Positions 28,038-36,859 of a DNA stretch of 64,000 bases are shown in pieces. The stretch covers positions 270,563-334,562 of the forward strand of contig LBYD01000002.1 in the NCBI GenBank assembly GCA_000995965.1. Direction: 5' to 3'. A program made the translations under genes and the position numbers. This DNA comes from Candidatus Moranbacteria bacterium GW2011_GWC2_40_12 (GTDB lineage: Bacteria > Patescibacteriota > Minisyncoccia > Moranbacterales > UBA11712). The notes under the pieces are model-generated. The model did not search any database. It saw only the letters and a program-made list of their open reading frames with translations, and was not told the DNA's origin. The stretch's first letter is position 1. Each line of letters opens with the position of its first letter.

Positions 28038-29117
28038 TTACAGATGCTTTATGTTTCCGCTTTCCTCAAGTTTTTTCACCACATCGGAAACCATTTGCGA
28101 TTTGTTGCGGTCGGCGATGAGGATGGCATCGGGAGTGTCAACGATAATCAAGTCTTTCGCGCCGATAGTGACGACCAATTTATCATCGCCGTATACCAGC
28201 AAGTTCTCACTATTAAAATCCAAATGTTCTCCTTTGATTTTGACCAGATGTTCCTTGTTATTGCCAATCAACGTATCTTTGAGCGCGGTCCAGCTTCCGA
28301 CATCGCTCCAGTCAATCGAAATTGGGATCACTATTACATTTGGCTCGTTTTCCATCACCGCGTAGTCAATGCTGATTTTGTCCATCCGGGGAAATTCTTC
28401 TTCCAGGATTTTTTCGAAATCTGGTTTTCCGACCACATTTTTTATTTTTACGAGCCGCTCATAGATATCCGGAACATATGCCCTGAATCTTTCTATGATC
28501 GTATCGGTCTTGAACAAAAACATCCCGCTATTCCAAAAAAAATCTCCCGAATCAAGATATTCTTGAGCCGTTTCAAGGTCTGGTTTTTCAACAAAGCGCT
28601 TAGCCTTGAAAAATTCAACGGAATCAATTTTTTCGAGCAATTCTCCCTTTTCTATGTATCCATATCCGGTTTCCGGTGCGGTTGGGCTGATGCCAAAAGT
28701 AAGCAAATTGGCCGGATATTTTTCGAGAATTTTTTCGCCTTCCTGAATGGCTTTTAGCAAACCTTCCGGATTTTTGATGAAATGGTCGGCTGGAAAAAAT
28801 CCAATTGTTTCATTCCCGTTTTTGGCAGAGATAATAGCTGCGGAAAGGGCGATACAGGGGGCTGTGTTTCTTCCGACAGGTTCGGCGATAACATTTTCAG
28901 CGGGCATTTTTGGCAATTGTTTTTTTACGATTTCAACGTATTCCTTGTTTGTAGAGACAAAGATGTCTGTTGCTTCAACAATATTTCGAAGCCGTTCGAA
29001 AGTATCCTGGAGCATTGTTTTCTCCGAAACCAGCTTTTGGAATTGTTTGGGCATCCCTTGCCGGCTCATGGGCCATAGCCTTGTGCCACGTCCGCCGGCC
29101 ATAATGACTAGTTTCAT
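28038..29117 (-). CDS. manC: Mannose-1-phosphate guanylyltransferase
   Basis: MAGGRGTRLWP.SR...PKQF, EPVGRNTAP, FVEKP, WNSGMF, SIDYAVME, WSDVGSW. Confidence 0.93.
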   Translation of the reverse strand: MKLVIMAGGRGTRLWPMSRQGMPKQFQKLVSEKTMLQDTFERLRNIVEATDIFVSTNKEYVEIVKKQLPKMPAENVIAEPVGRNTAPCIALSAAIISAKNGNETIGFFPADHFIKNPEGLLKAIQEGEKILEKYPANLLTFGISPTAPETGYGYIEKGELLEKIDSVEFFKAKRFVEKPDLETAQEYLDSGDFFWNSGMFLFKTDTIIERFRAYVPDIYERLVKIKNVVGKPDFEKILEEEFPRMDKISIDYAVMENEPNVIVIPISIDWSDVGSWTALKDTLIGNNKEHLVKIKGEHLDFNSENLLVYGDDKLVVTIGAKDLIIVDTPDAILIADRNKSQMVSDVVKKLEESGNIKHL

Positions 29118-29223
29118 GCTTTACGAATTACGAATTATGTACGAATATACTAATAAGGTTTTGTTCTGATATAATACTAGTTGAGCAAATGCCTTTTGTA
29201 AAATAATTATTGAGAATAATGTT

Positions 29224-30570
29224 ATGCCGAAAATCAATCCAAAAATATTCAAAGCCTATGACATTCGGGGGATTTATCCGATGGAACTAAATGAGGAAGC
29301 GGCCTATCGGATTGGCCGAGCAGTTGTGCAGGCTCTCGGGGCAAAAAAAATCGCGGTTGGCCGAGATATTCGGGAATCTTCGCCCGCATTGTTCGAAGCG
29401 TTGGCAAGAGGCATTACAGACCAAGGTGCCGATGTTTTGAATCTGGGACTGACTTCCTCGCCTATGGTTTATCACGCTTCCGGGAGTCTGAATGTTGATG
29501 CATCAATTTCGATGACTGCTTCTCATAATCCACCTGAATGGAATGGACTGAAGTTTTGCAAACGGGATGGCTATCCAGTGAGCGAAGAAACTGGTCTTTT
29601 AGAAATAAAAAAGATGACGCTTGCGGGGAATTTCGAGAATAGTGAAAAAAAAGGGAAAATAGTAGAAGAAAATTCTCTCAAAGAAAAATATTATAAGTAT
29701 TTTTTGTCTTTTGCTAATTTGGGTGATAAGAAATTTAAGATTGTGGTGGATACAGCCAATGCGATGGGAATTCTGGAGCTCGAGATTTATAAAAGGCTTT
29801 CGGGTAACATTGAACTTGTAACGCTTTACGATGAATTTGACGGAAGATTCCCTAATCACGAAGCCAATCCCTTGAAAACCGAAACCTTGGCAGAACTGCA
29901 AAAAAAAGTTATTGAAGAAAAAGCGGATTTGGGAGTTGCATATGATGGGGATGCTGATCGAGTCGGTTTCATCACAGAGAAAGGGGATTTTATTCCCATG
30001 GATCTTGTGACCGCAATTCTCTCTAAACTGATTTTAAAAAAGCATCCTGGTGGAAAAATTTATTTCGATCTTCGATCTTCCAAGTCGGTGAAAGAAGTGA
30101 TTGAAGAGAACGGGGGAGTGGCTCTTGAATGCCCGGTGGGATATTCAAAAATAAAAAAACTTATTCGTGACAACGGAGCAGTTTTCGCGGGTGAACTGTC
30201 GGGCCATTATTATTTTCAAGAAAATTTTTACTCTGAAATTGGAACTCTGGTTGCCATTATGTTTCTCAATCTTATGGCGGAAACAGGAGAAAAAATATCA
30301 GAACTCGTGAAGGATGTGAACAGGTATTTTCATTCTGGGGAAATCAACAGCGAAGTCGAGGATAAGGATGCGGTGATAGCGAAGCTCAAGGAAAAATATG
30401 CCGATGGAAAAATCAGTGAAATGGACGGAGTGAAAATTGAATTTCCCGACTGGTGGCTGAATGTCCGTCCCTCAAACACCGAGCCAGTCTTGCGCCTCAA
30501 TCTCGAAGCGAATACGAAGGAAATGATGGAAGCCAAAAGAGACGAGGTTTTGAAAATAATTCGGGGATAA
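29224..30570 (+). CDS. manB: Phosphomannomutase/phosphoglucomutase
   Basis: FKAYDIRG, TASHNP, DGDADR, GELSGH, RPSNTEP. Confidence 0.93.
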   Translation: MPKINPKIFKAYDIRGIYPMELNEEAAYRIGRAVVQALGAKKIAVGRDIRESSPALFEALARGITDQGADVLNLGLTSSPMVYHASGSLNVDASISMTASHNPPEWNGLKFCKRDGYPVSEETGLLEIKKMTLAGNFENSEKKGKIVEENSLKEKYYKYFLSFANLGDKKFKIVVDTANAMGILELEIYKRLSGNIELVTLYDEFDGRFPNHEANPLKTETLAELQKKVIEEKADLGVAYDGDADRVGFITEKGDFIPMDLVTAILSKLILKKHPGGKIYFDLRSSKSVKEVIEENGGVALECPVGYSKIKKLIRDNGAVFAGELSGHYYFQENFYSEIGTLVAIMFLNLMAETGEKISELVKDVNRYFHSGEINSEVEDKDAVIAKLKEKYADGKISEMDGVKIEFPDWWLNVRPSNTEPVLRLNLEANTKEMMEAKRDEVLKIIRG

Positions 30571-30575
30571 GGAAC

Positions 30576-30598
30576 CTTCAAACATTGGATGTTTGGAG
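30576..30598. repeat. REP-like palindrome (AACATT family)
   Basis: CTTCAAACATTGGATGTTTGGAG. Confidence 0.45.
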
Positions 30599-30611
30599 CG
30601 ATTGCAAGAAA

Positions 30612-30652
30612 AAAAAGAAGCCTGCTCCGTGGCGACTCGGGGCAGGCTTTTA
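30612..30652. terminator. Bidirectional terminator
   Basis: AAGCCTGCTCCG...CGGGGCAGGCTTTT between convergent genes. Confidence 0.7.
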
Positions 30653-30675
30653 ATTTTGCACGGAAATAATTCTTT

Positions 30676-31350
30676 TTATCTCCCGCTTACTTTTTCGGCG
30701 AAGTAGTAATTTTTCAAGCCGCGGAGGCCGTAATCCGCTCCACTTCCGACTGCGAGCCAAAATGAGGCTTTCAAAAGAATGTCACCAATTTTGGCAACTT
30801 GGTTCAAATCATCGAATCCGAACCCAAAAGGACGAAGATACACAAAAAAGCACAAGAAGTGAAAAGCGCACTCGACATTCATCTTTATCTTACCTACTCG
30901 GCCGGCCTTGTTCGGGATGATCGGGAACCACAAGCTCAAAAAGCCCAAGATAAGCAAGCCCCCTTCGGCAATGAGGAGATACATTAGCCACTCGGGTGAA
31001 AGTTGAATGACTGTTTTACTAAACTTGGGTGCGAGATATCCAGTGAGTAACAGGAACATTATTCCTGTTAGGGAGCCAATAACAATTTTGTCCGTCAGCT
31101 TGTCAAAAAGTCCGCCAAGAATTGTTTTGCAGTTATACCTTCTCGCGGCCCAGCCATCAGCGCCGTCCAAAGCGCAGGCGATTGTTAAAAGAGAAAAAGT
31201 AAGAGTAGGCAAAATGCCAAAAAGCAAAAAGGCAATTGCTGGAAAAACAAGTCCGAGCCGAAAAGCAGTTATTTTGTTGGCTCTTGTCCAAAAACCAAAA
31301 TATTCCAACTCTTTCCGGATCAACTCGATGTTGCTGGCTAAATATTTCAC
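30676..31350 (-). CDS. CDP-alcohol phosphatidyltransferase (PgsA-like)
   Basis: ANKIT.FR, DGADGWAARR....T.LG.LFD.LTDK, GKIKM; GTG start after an SD-like site. Confidence 0.88.
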   Translation of the reverse strand: MKYLASNIELIRKELEYFGFWTRANKITAFRLGLVFPAIAFLLFGILPTLTFSLLTIACALDGADGWAARRYNCKTILGGLFDKLTDKIVIGSLTGIMFLLLTGYLAPKFSKTVIQLSPEWLMYLLIAEGGLLILGFLSLWFPIIPNKAGRVGKIKMNVECAFHFLCFFVYLRPFGFGFDDLNQVAKIGDILLKASFWLAVGSGADYGLRGLKNYYFAEKVSGR

Positions 31351-31419
31351 GACTCTTCCCCCCTTGTTGTTAAAGGTCAAAAAGAATTTTTATTTTAGAA
31401 AAAAGTTTTTATTTTTCAA

Positions 31420-32433
31420 TTACAGCAGCCCGATTTTTTCCCGGATTTTTTCCATTTTTTCTTCGGCCATTTTTTTGGCTTTCTCTCTTCCTTCTTCCAA
31501 TATTCTCAAAACTTCTCGGTCTTCGATATTGTTGTATTTTTCCTGAAACGGTTCCAAAAATCCGACCACCACTTCAGCCAGATCTTTTTTGAATTCGGCA
31601 TATCCTTTTCCCTGATAGGATTCAACAATTTCTTTTGGCTTGGCGTTATCGAGCAGGGCATAGATGTTTATCAAATTCTTGATGGCCGGCTTGTCGGCCG
31701 AATATTTGATTTCCTTGCCGCTGTCGGTGACGGATTTTTTGATTTTTTCGCGGATTTTTTCTGGCGTGTCAGTGAGGGAGATATAATTGTATTCCGACAG
31801 AGCCGATTTTGACATCTTTTTCTTCGGATCGTCAAGTCCCATGATGCGCATGCCCTCTTTCACTATGAATGGCTCGGGAACGACGAATGTTTCTCTGAAC
31901 AGGCTATTGAAGCGGCGGGCGAGCGTGCGCGCCATTTCCACGTGCTGAAGCTGGTCTTCGCCAACCGGAACCAGATTTGTATCGTATAAAAGTATATCCG
32001 CAGCCATAAGCACCGGGTAACTGAAAAGTCCGGCGTTGATATTTTGCCTATTTTTTGAAGATTTATCCTTGAATTGGATCATTCGCTCGAGCTCGGGAAT
32101 TTTGGTGATGGTGTTCAATATCCAGGCCAGTTCCGCGTGCTCGGGAACGTGCGACTGGACAAAAATGAGCGATTTTTCGGGATCTATTCCGGCAGCGAGA
32201 TAGGTTTTTGCAACCTCTAGCGTTTTTTGGCGGAGTTCATCCGGTTTTTGGTGAACGGTGATGGCATGAAGGTCAACCACGCAAAAAATAGGGTCATACC
32301 CGCCTGCATCGCTATGCGAAGCATTGCGGGCAGGTTTCTCCTGAAGAGCCACCCAGCTTTTGATGGCTCCGAGATAGTTTCCCAAATGGAGCACGCCCGA
32401 AGGCTGAATGCCGGAAAAAATGCGTTTTGGCAT
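31420..32433 (-). CDS. trpS: Tryptophan--tRNA ligase
   Basis: SGIQPSG.LHLGNY, VPVGEDQ.QH, KMSKS. Confidence 0.98.
   Translation of the reverse strand: MPKRIFSGIQPSGVLHLGNYLGAIKSWVALQEKPARNASHSDAGGYDPIFCVVDLHAITVHQKPDELRQKTLEVAKTYLAAGIDPEKSLIFVQSHVPEHAELAWILNTITKIPELERMIQFKDKSSKNRQNINAGLFSYPVLMAADILLYDTNLVPVGEDQLQHVEMARTLARRFNSLFRETFVVPEPFIVKEGMRIMGLDDPKKKMSKSALSEYNYISLTDTPEKIREKIKKSVTDSGKEIKYSADKPAIKNLINIYALLDNAKPKEIVESYQGKGYAEFKKDLAEVVVGFLEPFQEKYNNIEDREVLRILEEGREKAKKMAEEKMEKIREKIGLL
32299..32334. repeat. 36-bp palindromic element inserted in frame in trpS
   Basis: Encodes PARNASHSDAGG between the HIGH-motif helix and the next strand; similar to 948-977. Confidence 0.75.
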
Positions 32434-32519
32434 AAACTTGAAAAATGTTAGTGTCTAGGGTTATAATACATTGTGTAATTCAATAGTATCCGCAAATTGG
32501 TAATTAGTAAAGTCAGCCT

Positions 32520-33128
32520 ATGAAAATTGACTTCAAAAATGTTCCAAAACATTACGCTTCCCGTCCGCATGAAAAAATGAAAGAAGTTCTTATGGATCCT
32601 GAGGGAGTCGGACCGGCCATTCACTACTATATGATTCGGGGAGGGACCGAGCAAAAAAACGTGACTGTCTGGGAGCCGGGAACGGTGTCCGGAGAATACA
32701 TAAAAACTTACGGCCATTATCACGTCGGCAAATTGAGCGAGACTTATTGGATTGTGTTTGGCCAGGGCGTGGCCTTGCTTCAAAAATTAGCCGAGGATGA
32801 AAACGGAAAAATGATCAGCGATGTTGCGGAAGAATTCAAGGCTATCCCGGTTAACGCCGGCCAGAAAGTTTTCATGCCGGAAAAATTCGGCCATTTGCTT
32901 GTCAACACCGGGGAAACATATTTCGTCACTCTTGACGACAGTCCCGTTGATTTCGAAGACCGCGATCCATCCAGTTTCCCGGGACATGCTGATTATACTC
33001 CGGTCCAGAAGATGAGAGGATTTGCCTACTATGTTGTTAATCATAAAGGCAAGCCTGCCCTCAAAAAAAATCCTCTCTACAAATCAATCCAGAAAGAAGA
33101 CCTCGGCGGACTAGAGGTGATTGAATAA
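32520..33128 (+). CDS. Cupin-type (archaeal-like) glucose-6-phosphate isomerase
   Basis: HYYMIRG, PG.V.GEY.KTYGHYH, E.Y....G.G..LLQ, GH...N. Confidence 0.85.
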   Translation: MKIDFKNVPKHYASRPHEKMKEVLMDPEGVGPAIHYYMIRGGTEQKNVTVWEPGTVSGEYIKTYGHYHVGKLSETYWIVFGQGVALLQKLAEDENGKMISDVAEEFKAIPVNAGQKVFMPEKFGHLLVNTGETYFVTLDDSPVDFEDRDPSSFPGHADYTPVQKMRGFAYYVVNHKGKPALKKNPLYKSIQKEDLGGLEVIE

Positions 33129-33142
33129 GCAATATAATTTTT

Positions 33143-33556
33143 ATGAATATGCCGGATAATAATTATAACAAAATGGAAGAAAGGCCCTGGGGGAAATTCG
33201 AAATATTTGCCACAGCCAAAAATTATCAAGTCAAAAGGCTTACGGTCTATCCAGAAGGCAAATTGAGCCTCCAGTCCCACAAACATCGTTCGGAACATTG
33301 GGTTATTGTTCACGGCACGGCAAAAATCACCAACGGCGAACAAGAAATAATTCTGCACGAAAACGAAAGCACTTTTATACCAGTAGGTCATATTCATCGT
33401 TTAGAAAATCCGGGCAAAACTAATCTGGAGGTCATTGAAGTGCAAACTGGAGATTACCTTGGCGAAGATGATATCGTCCGTTATGAAGATATTTATAATC
33501 GTCTAGAAGAAAAAGGTAGTCTTTCAAAGAATAATTCGATGAAAAATATTTCTTGA
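33143..33556 (+). CDS. Type II mannose-6-phosphate isomerase C-terminal cupin
   Basis: RPWG, LSLQSH.HRSEHW, HRLENPG, IEVQTG.YLGEDDIVR. Confidence 0.93.
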   Translation: MNMPDNNYNKMEERPWGKFEIFATAKNYQVKRLTVYPEGKLSLQSHKHRSEHWVIVHGTAKITNGEQEIILHENESTFIPVGHIHRLENPGKTNLEVIEVQTGDYLGEDDIVRYEDIYNRLEEKGSLSKNNSMKNIS

Positions 33557-33593
33557 CTCAAGGTTTTTTATTTGCTAATCTCTCTCAAGTCAT

Positions 33594-33944
33594 ATGCTTC
33601 GATTGATCTTCCATATTCTCTCCAACGCGCTTGGCATCTGGGCGGCGGCGAGGCTGGTTCCGGGGATATTTTTCGACGGCGACTGGAGGTGGCTCATTCT
33701 GGCCGGTGCCGTTCTGGGATTTGTCAATTTTTTCGTGAAACCGATCGTGAAAATCATATCCCTCCCGCTAATTTGGATAACTCTCGGCCTTTTCACAGTA
33801 GTCATCAACGTCTTGATGCTCAATCTCGCGGCGCGTATTGTCGGCGCGCTCATCATCGAAACTTGGACAGCCGCTTTTTGGGCGGTGATCGTGATAAGCG
33901 TGATAAACTATGTCATTTCCTCTTTTCTGCCGGAGGAAAAATGA
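33594..33944 (+). CDS. 4-TM phage holin-like (YvlD) membrane protein
   Basis: VLGFVNFFVKPI...ISLP...ITLGLF..VIN. Confidence 0.88.
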   Translation: MLRLIFHILSNALGIWAAARLVPGIFFDGDWRWLILAGAVLGFVNFFVKPIVKIISLPLIWITLGLFTVVINVLMLNLAARIVGALIIETWTAAFWAVIVISVINYVISSFLPEEK

Positions 33945-34022
33945 TATTACATTTTCTTTTTAATAATATCCAAATAACAAAAGCGCTTTGTTGCGTATAA
34001 CAAGCGTAGACCAGTATCAGGT

Positions 34023-34253
34023 ATGGAAAAAGGATTAATCGTCGGTCAAATAGTCATTTCGGTTTTTCTCACGATTTCTATTTTGCTCCAAAACCGCGGT
34101 GCGGGATTGGGCTCCACTTTTGGAGGAGATTTTGGGGGATACTATACGAAAAGAGGCTTTGAAAAATTCCTATTTTGGACATCGGTTGTTTTGGGCGCTT
34201 TGTTCATTGGCATTTCAGCGACAATTTTTTATATAACTTCGCAGGGTATATAG
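34023..34253 (+). CDS. secG: Preprotein translocase subunit SecG
   Basis: ILLQNRGAGLGSTFGG...RG.EK.L. Confidence 0.92.
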   Translation: MEKGLIVGQIVISVFLTISILLQNRGAGLGSTFGGDFGGYYTKRGFEKFLFWTSVVLGALFIGISATIFYITSQGI

Positions 34254-34281
34254 AGCTAAGACTTTGATACAAATAGCGAAA

Positions 34282-35955
34282 ATGAATACTTGGCAAAAAA
34301 TATTTCAAGCATTTTCCAGCCGCGAAAGGTTTACGGTCAACATTCTCATCCTCGTTATTATCGTTTCGCTGACCGGGACTGTTTTGGGATTTTATTTCCA
34401 TTTCACGAAAAAAGTTCCCATTCCGGGAGGAGAATATATCGAAGGGATTGTCGGACAGCCTCTTTATGTCAATCCGGTTTTGGCCGGAAGCAACGATGCG
34501 GACGCCGATCTCGCGTCTTTGATATATTCCGGTCTTTTCAAATACGGTTCCGACGGGAAGCTGATCGCTGACCTTGCGGAAAGCTACGAAGTTTCGGAGG
34601 ACAAGCTGACTTATACGATCCATCTCAAAAAAGACGTGAAGTGGCACGACGGGGAGTCTTTCACGGCTGACGACGCGCTTTTTACTGTCCAAGTCATTCA
34701 GGATCCCATATACAAAAGCCCTCTGCGCCAAAGCTGGCAGGGAGTTGGGGCGGAAGTATCCGACGAAAACACAATCCGCTTCATACTTCAGACACCTTAT
34801 GCTTTCTTTCTCAACAATTTGACGGTTGGAATTCTTCCTAGGCACATCTGGGAATCTGTTGCTCCCGGAAATTTTCCACTCGCGGAATATAATCTGCGCC
34901 CGATAGGAACGGGATGCTACAGATTTTCTGACTTTGAAAAAGACGGCGAAGGAAACATTCTTTCATACACGCTGGAAGCGAATGAAAATTATTATGGCCA
35001 GAAACCTTTTATAACAAGTATGCAATTCTCTTTCTTCTTTGATGAAGATTCCCTGCTTCAAGCTTACAATGACAAGCAGGTTTTCGGAATGAGTTATATT
35101 TCTCCAGCGAGGCTTGCCGACTTGAAAAGCAAGAGAAGCAGCAATATTCTCTCCATCAATATTCCGCGCTACTTCGCCTTTTTTTTCAATCAGCAGAAAA
35201 GCAAAGTTCTGGCGAACCGTGAAGTGAGAAAAGCCCTGTCTCTCGCAATCGACAGGCAGGCGATCATTCGAGATATCCTGTCTGGAGAAGGAAAGGAAAT
35301 ATTTTCGCCTATTTCTCCGGGAACATTTGGCTTCACTGACGATGTAAAGAAATTTGAATTTGATGCGGGAAAGGCGAATGAGACCCTGGAAAACGACGGC
35401 TGGAAAAAGGGCGACGACGGCTTTCGAAAAAAAGACAATCTTCCTCTGGAATTCAGTCTTGTCACGACCGACTGGCCGGACTTGGCTGAAACGGCTGACA
35501 TGCTCAAGCAGCAGTGGGAAGCCGTCGGCGCGAAAGTAAATGTCGAATCTCTCCCCGTGGCGGACATTCAACAGAATTATATCCGTCCCCGTGAATATGA
35601 CGCGCTGCTCTTCGGACAAGTTTTGGGCGTCGATCCTGATCCGTATGCTTTCTGGCATTCATCACAAACAAGAGATCCAGGATTGAATTTGGCCCTCTAT
35701 TCAAATCAAAATGTCGATAAAATTTTGGAAAAGATTCGACTGGAAACAGATGAAGGAAAAAGAGCGGAACTTCTCAAAGAATTCCAACAGACCGTGACAG
35801 ATGATGTTCCAGCACTCTTTCTTTACAGCCCAAATTATCTTTACGTCGTTAATAAAAAAGTCGAAGGCATAAGTATCCGTTCAATGGTGACGCCTGACAA
35901 AAGATTTTCCAATGTCGAGAATTGGTATGTGAAGACGAAGAGGGTGAGGAAATAG
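34282..35955 (+). CDS. ABC transporter peptide-binding protein (family 5)
   Basis: DLAESY, WHDGE.FTADD..FT, PIGTG.Y, VRKALSLAIDR. Confidence 0.92.
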   Translation: MNTWQKIFQAFSSRERFTVNILILVIIVSLTGTVLGFYFHFTKKVPIPGGEYIEGIVGQPLYVNPVLAGSNDADADLASLIYSGLFKYGSDGKLIADLAESYEVSEDKLTYTIHLKKDVKWHDGESFTADDALFTVQVIQDPIYKSPLRQSWQGVGAEVSDENTIRFILQTPYAFFLNNLTVGILPRHIWESVAPGNFPLAEYNLRPIGTGCYRFSDFEKDGEGNILSYTLEANENYYGQKPFITSMQFSFFFDEDSLLQAYNDKQVFGMSYISPARLADLKSKRSSNILSINIPRYFAFFFNQQKSKVLANREVRKALSLAIDRQAIIRDILSGEGKEIFSPISPGTFGFTDDVKKFEFDAGKANETLENDGWKKGDDGFRKKDNLPLEFSLVTTDWPDLAETADMLKQQWEAVGAKVNVESLPVADIQQNYIRPREYDALLFGQVLGVDPDPYAFWHSSQTRDPGLNLALYSNQNVDKILEKIRLETDEGKRAELLKEFQQTVTDDVPALFLYSPNYLYVVNKKVEGISIRSMVTPDKRFSNVENWYVKTKRVRK

Positions 35956-36050
35956 AAATTAGCTGATGGAAACTGGAAATTTGCAATAGAAATTAGAAAA
36001 TGGAAATTTTAGTATCTATTTTCCAGTCTCGGCAACTATTTTCGCCCAGA

Positions 36051-36079
36051 TTGACAAAAAAACCAAAAGGGTATATAAT
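36051..36079 (+). promoter_or_regulatory. Sigma70 promoter
   Basis: Consensus TTGACA-N17-TATAAT. Confidence 0.75.
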
Positions 36080-36192
36080 TAAATAACTAGAATATCTTCT
36101 TCGTGTTTTCCTTTATTTAAGCCTTTTTTATTTCTTTCATATAACTTGGACTCTATTCAAAGCCCAGCTTTGAGTTTGAGACGCTATTTTTG

Positions 36193-36663
36193 ATGTATAA
36201 CCACGCAGGACGGGATTATAAATGTCCAATTTGTCTTGGTATTCAAGGTGTTGAGAGTAAAGACACTCTCATAAAAAGAAGCGATATTGTCTTTAGGAAT
36301 AAATTTGTTACCGCTTTTATCGCGTCGTTTTTTATTGGCAAAAATTCAGGACACACAATTATTGTTTCAAATCGGCATTTTGAAAACCTGTATGATCTGC
36401 CTGAAGCATATGGAAAAGAAATATTCAGGATTTCTAAAAAGATATCTTTGGCGATAAAAAAAGCTTATAAATGTGAAGGAATAACTATTTTACAAAATAA
36501 TGAACCTGTCGGTGACCAGCATGCTTTTCACTATCATTCGCATATTTTTCCAAGATATCAAAAAGACAATCTTACAAAAAATCTTACAAACAAAAAGATT
36601 GCCAGCCCAAAAATCAGGAAAATATATGCCGAAAAACTGAAAAGAGCACTGAGAATAAAATAA
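36193..36663 (+). CDS. HIT family protein
   Basis: CPIC, GHT, HFENLYDL, QHAFHYHSHIFPR histidine triad. Confidence 0.92.
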   Translation: MYNHAGRDYKCPICLGIQGVESKDTLIKRSDIVFRNKFVTAFIASFFIGKNSGHTIIVSNRHFENLYDLPEAYGKEIFRISKKISLAIKKAYKCEGITILQNNEPVGDQHAFHYHSHIFPRYQKDNLTKNLTNKKIASPKIRKIYAEKLKRALRIK

Positions 36664-36670
36664 ATACTTT

Positions 36671-36693
36671 CCTTGGCGGCGGAATTGGCAGAC
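36671..36693 (+). repeat. Partial duplicate of the tRNA-Leu 5' end
   Basis: CCTTGGCGGCGGAATTGGCAGAC versus CCTTGGTGGCGGAATTGGCAGAC (22/23). Confidence 0.85.
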
Positions 36694-36705
36694 TAAATTT
36701 TACAA

Positions 36706-36789
36706 GCCTTGGTGGCGGAATTGGCAGACGCACTGGCTTCAGGAGCCAGCGAGAGCAATCTCATGGGAGTTCGACTCTCCCCCAAGGCA
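36706..36789 (+). tRNA. tRNA-Leu(CAG)
   Basis: GCCTTGG/CCAAGGC acceptor, CTGGC-TT-CAG-GA-GCCAG, long variable arm. Confidence 0.95.
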
Positions 36790-36859
36790 CAAATTTAATC
36801 AATCTTTTAAAGAACAGAAACAATGATCTTTGATCACTGTTCCTTGTTCACTGAAAAAA

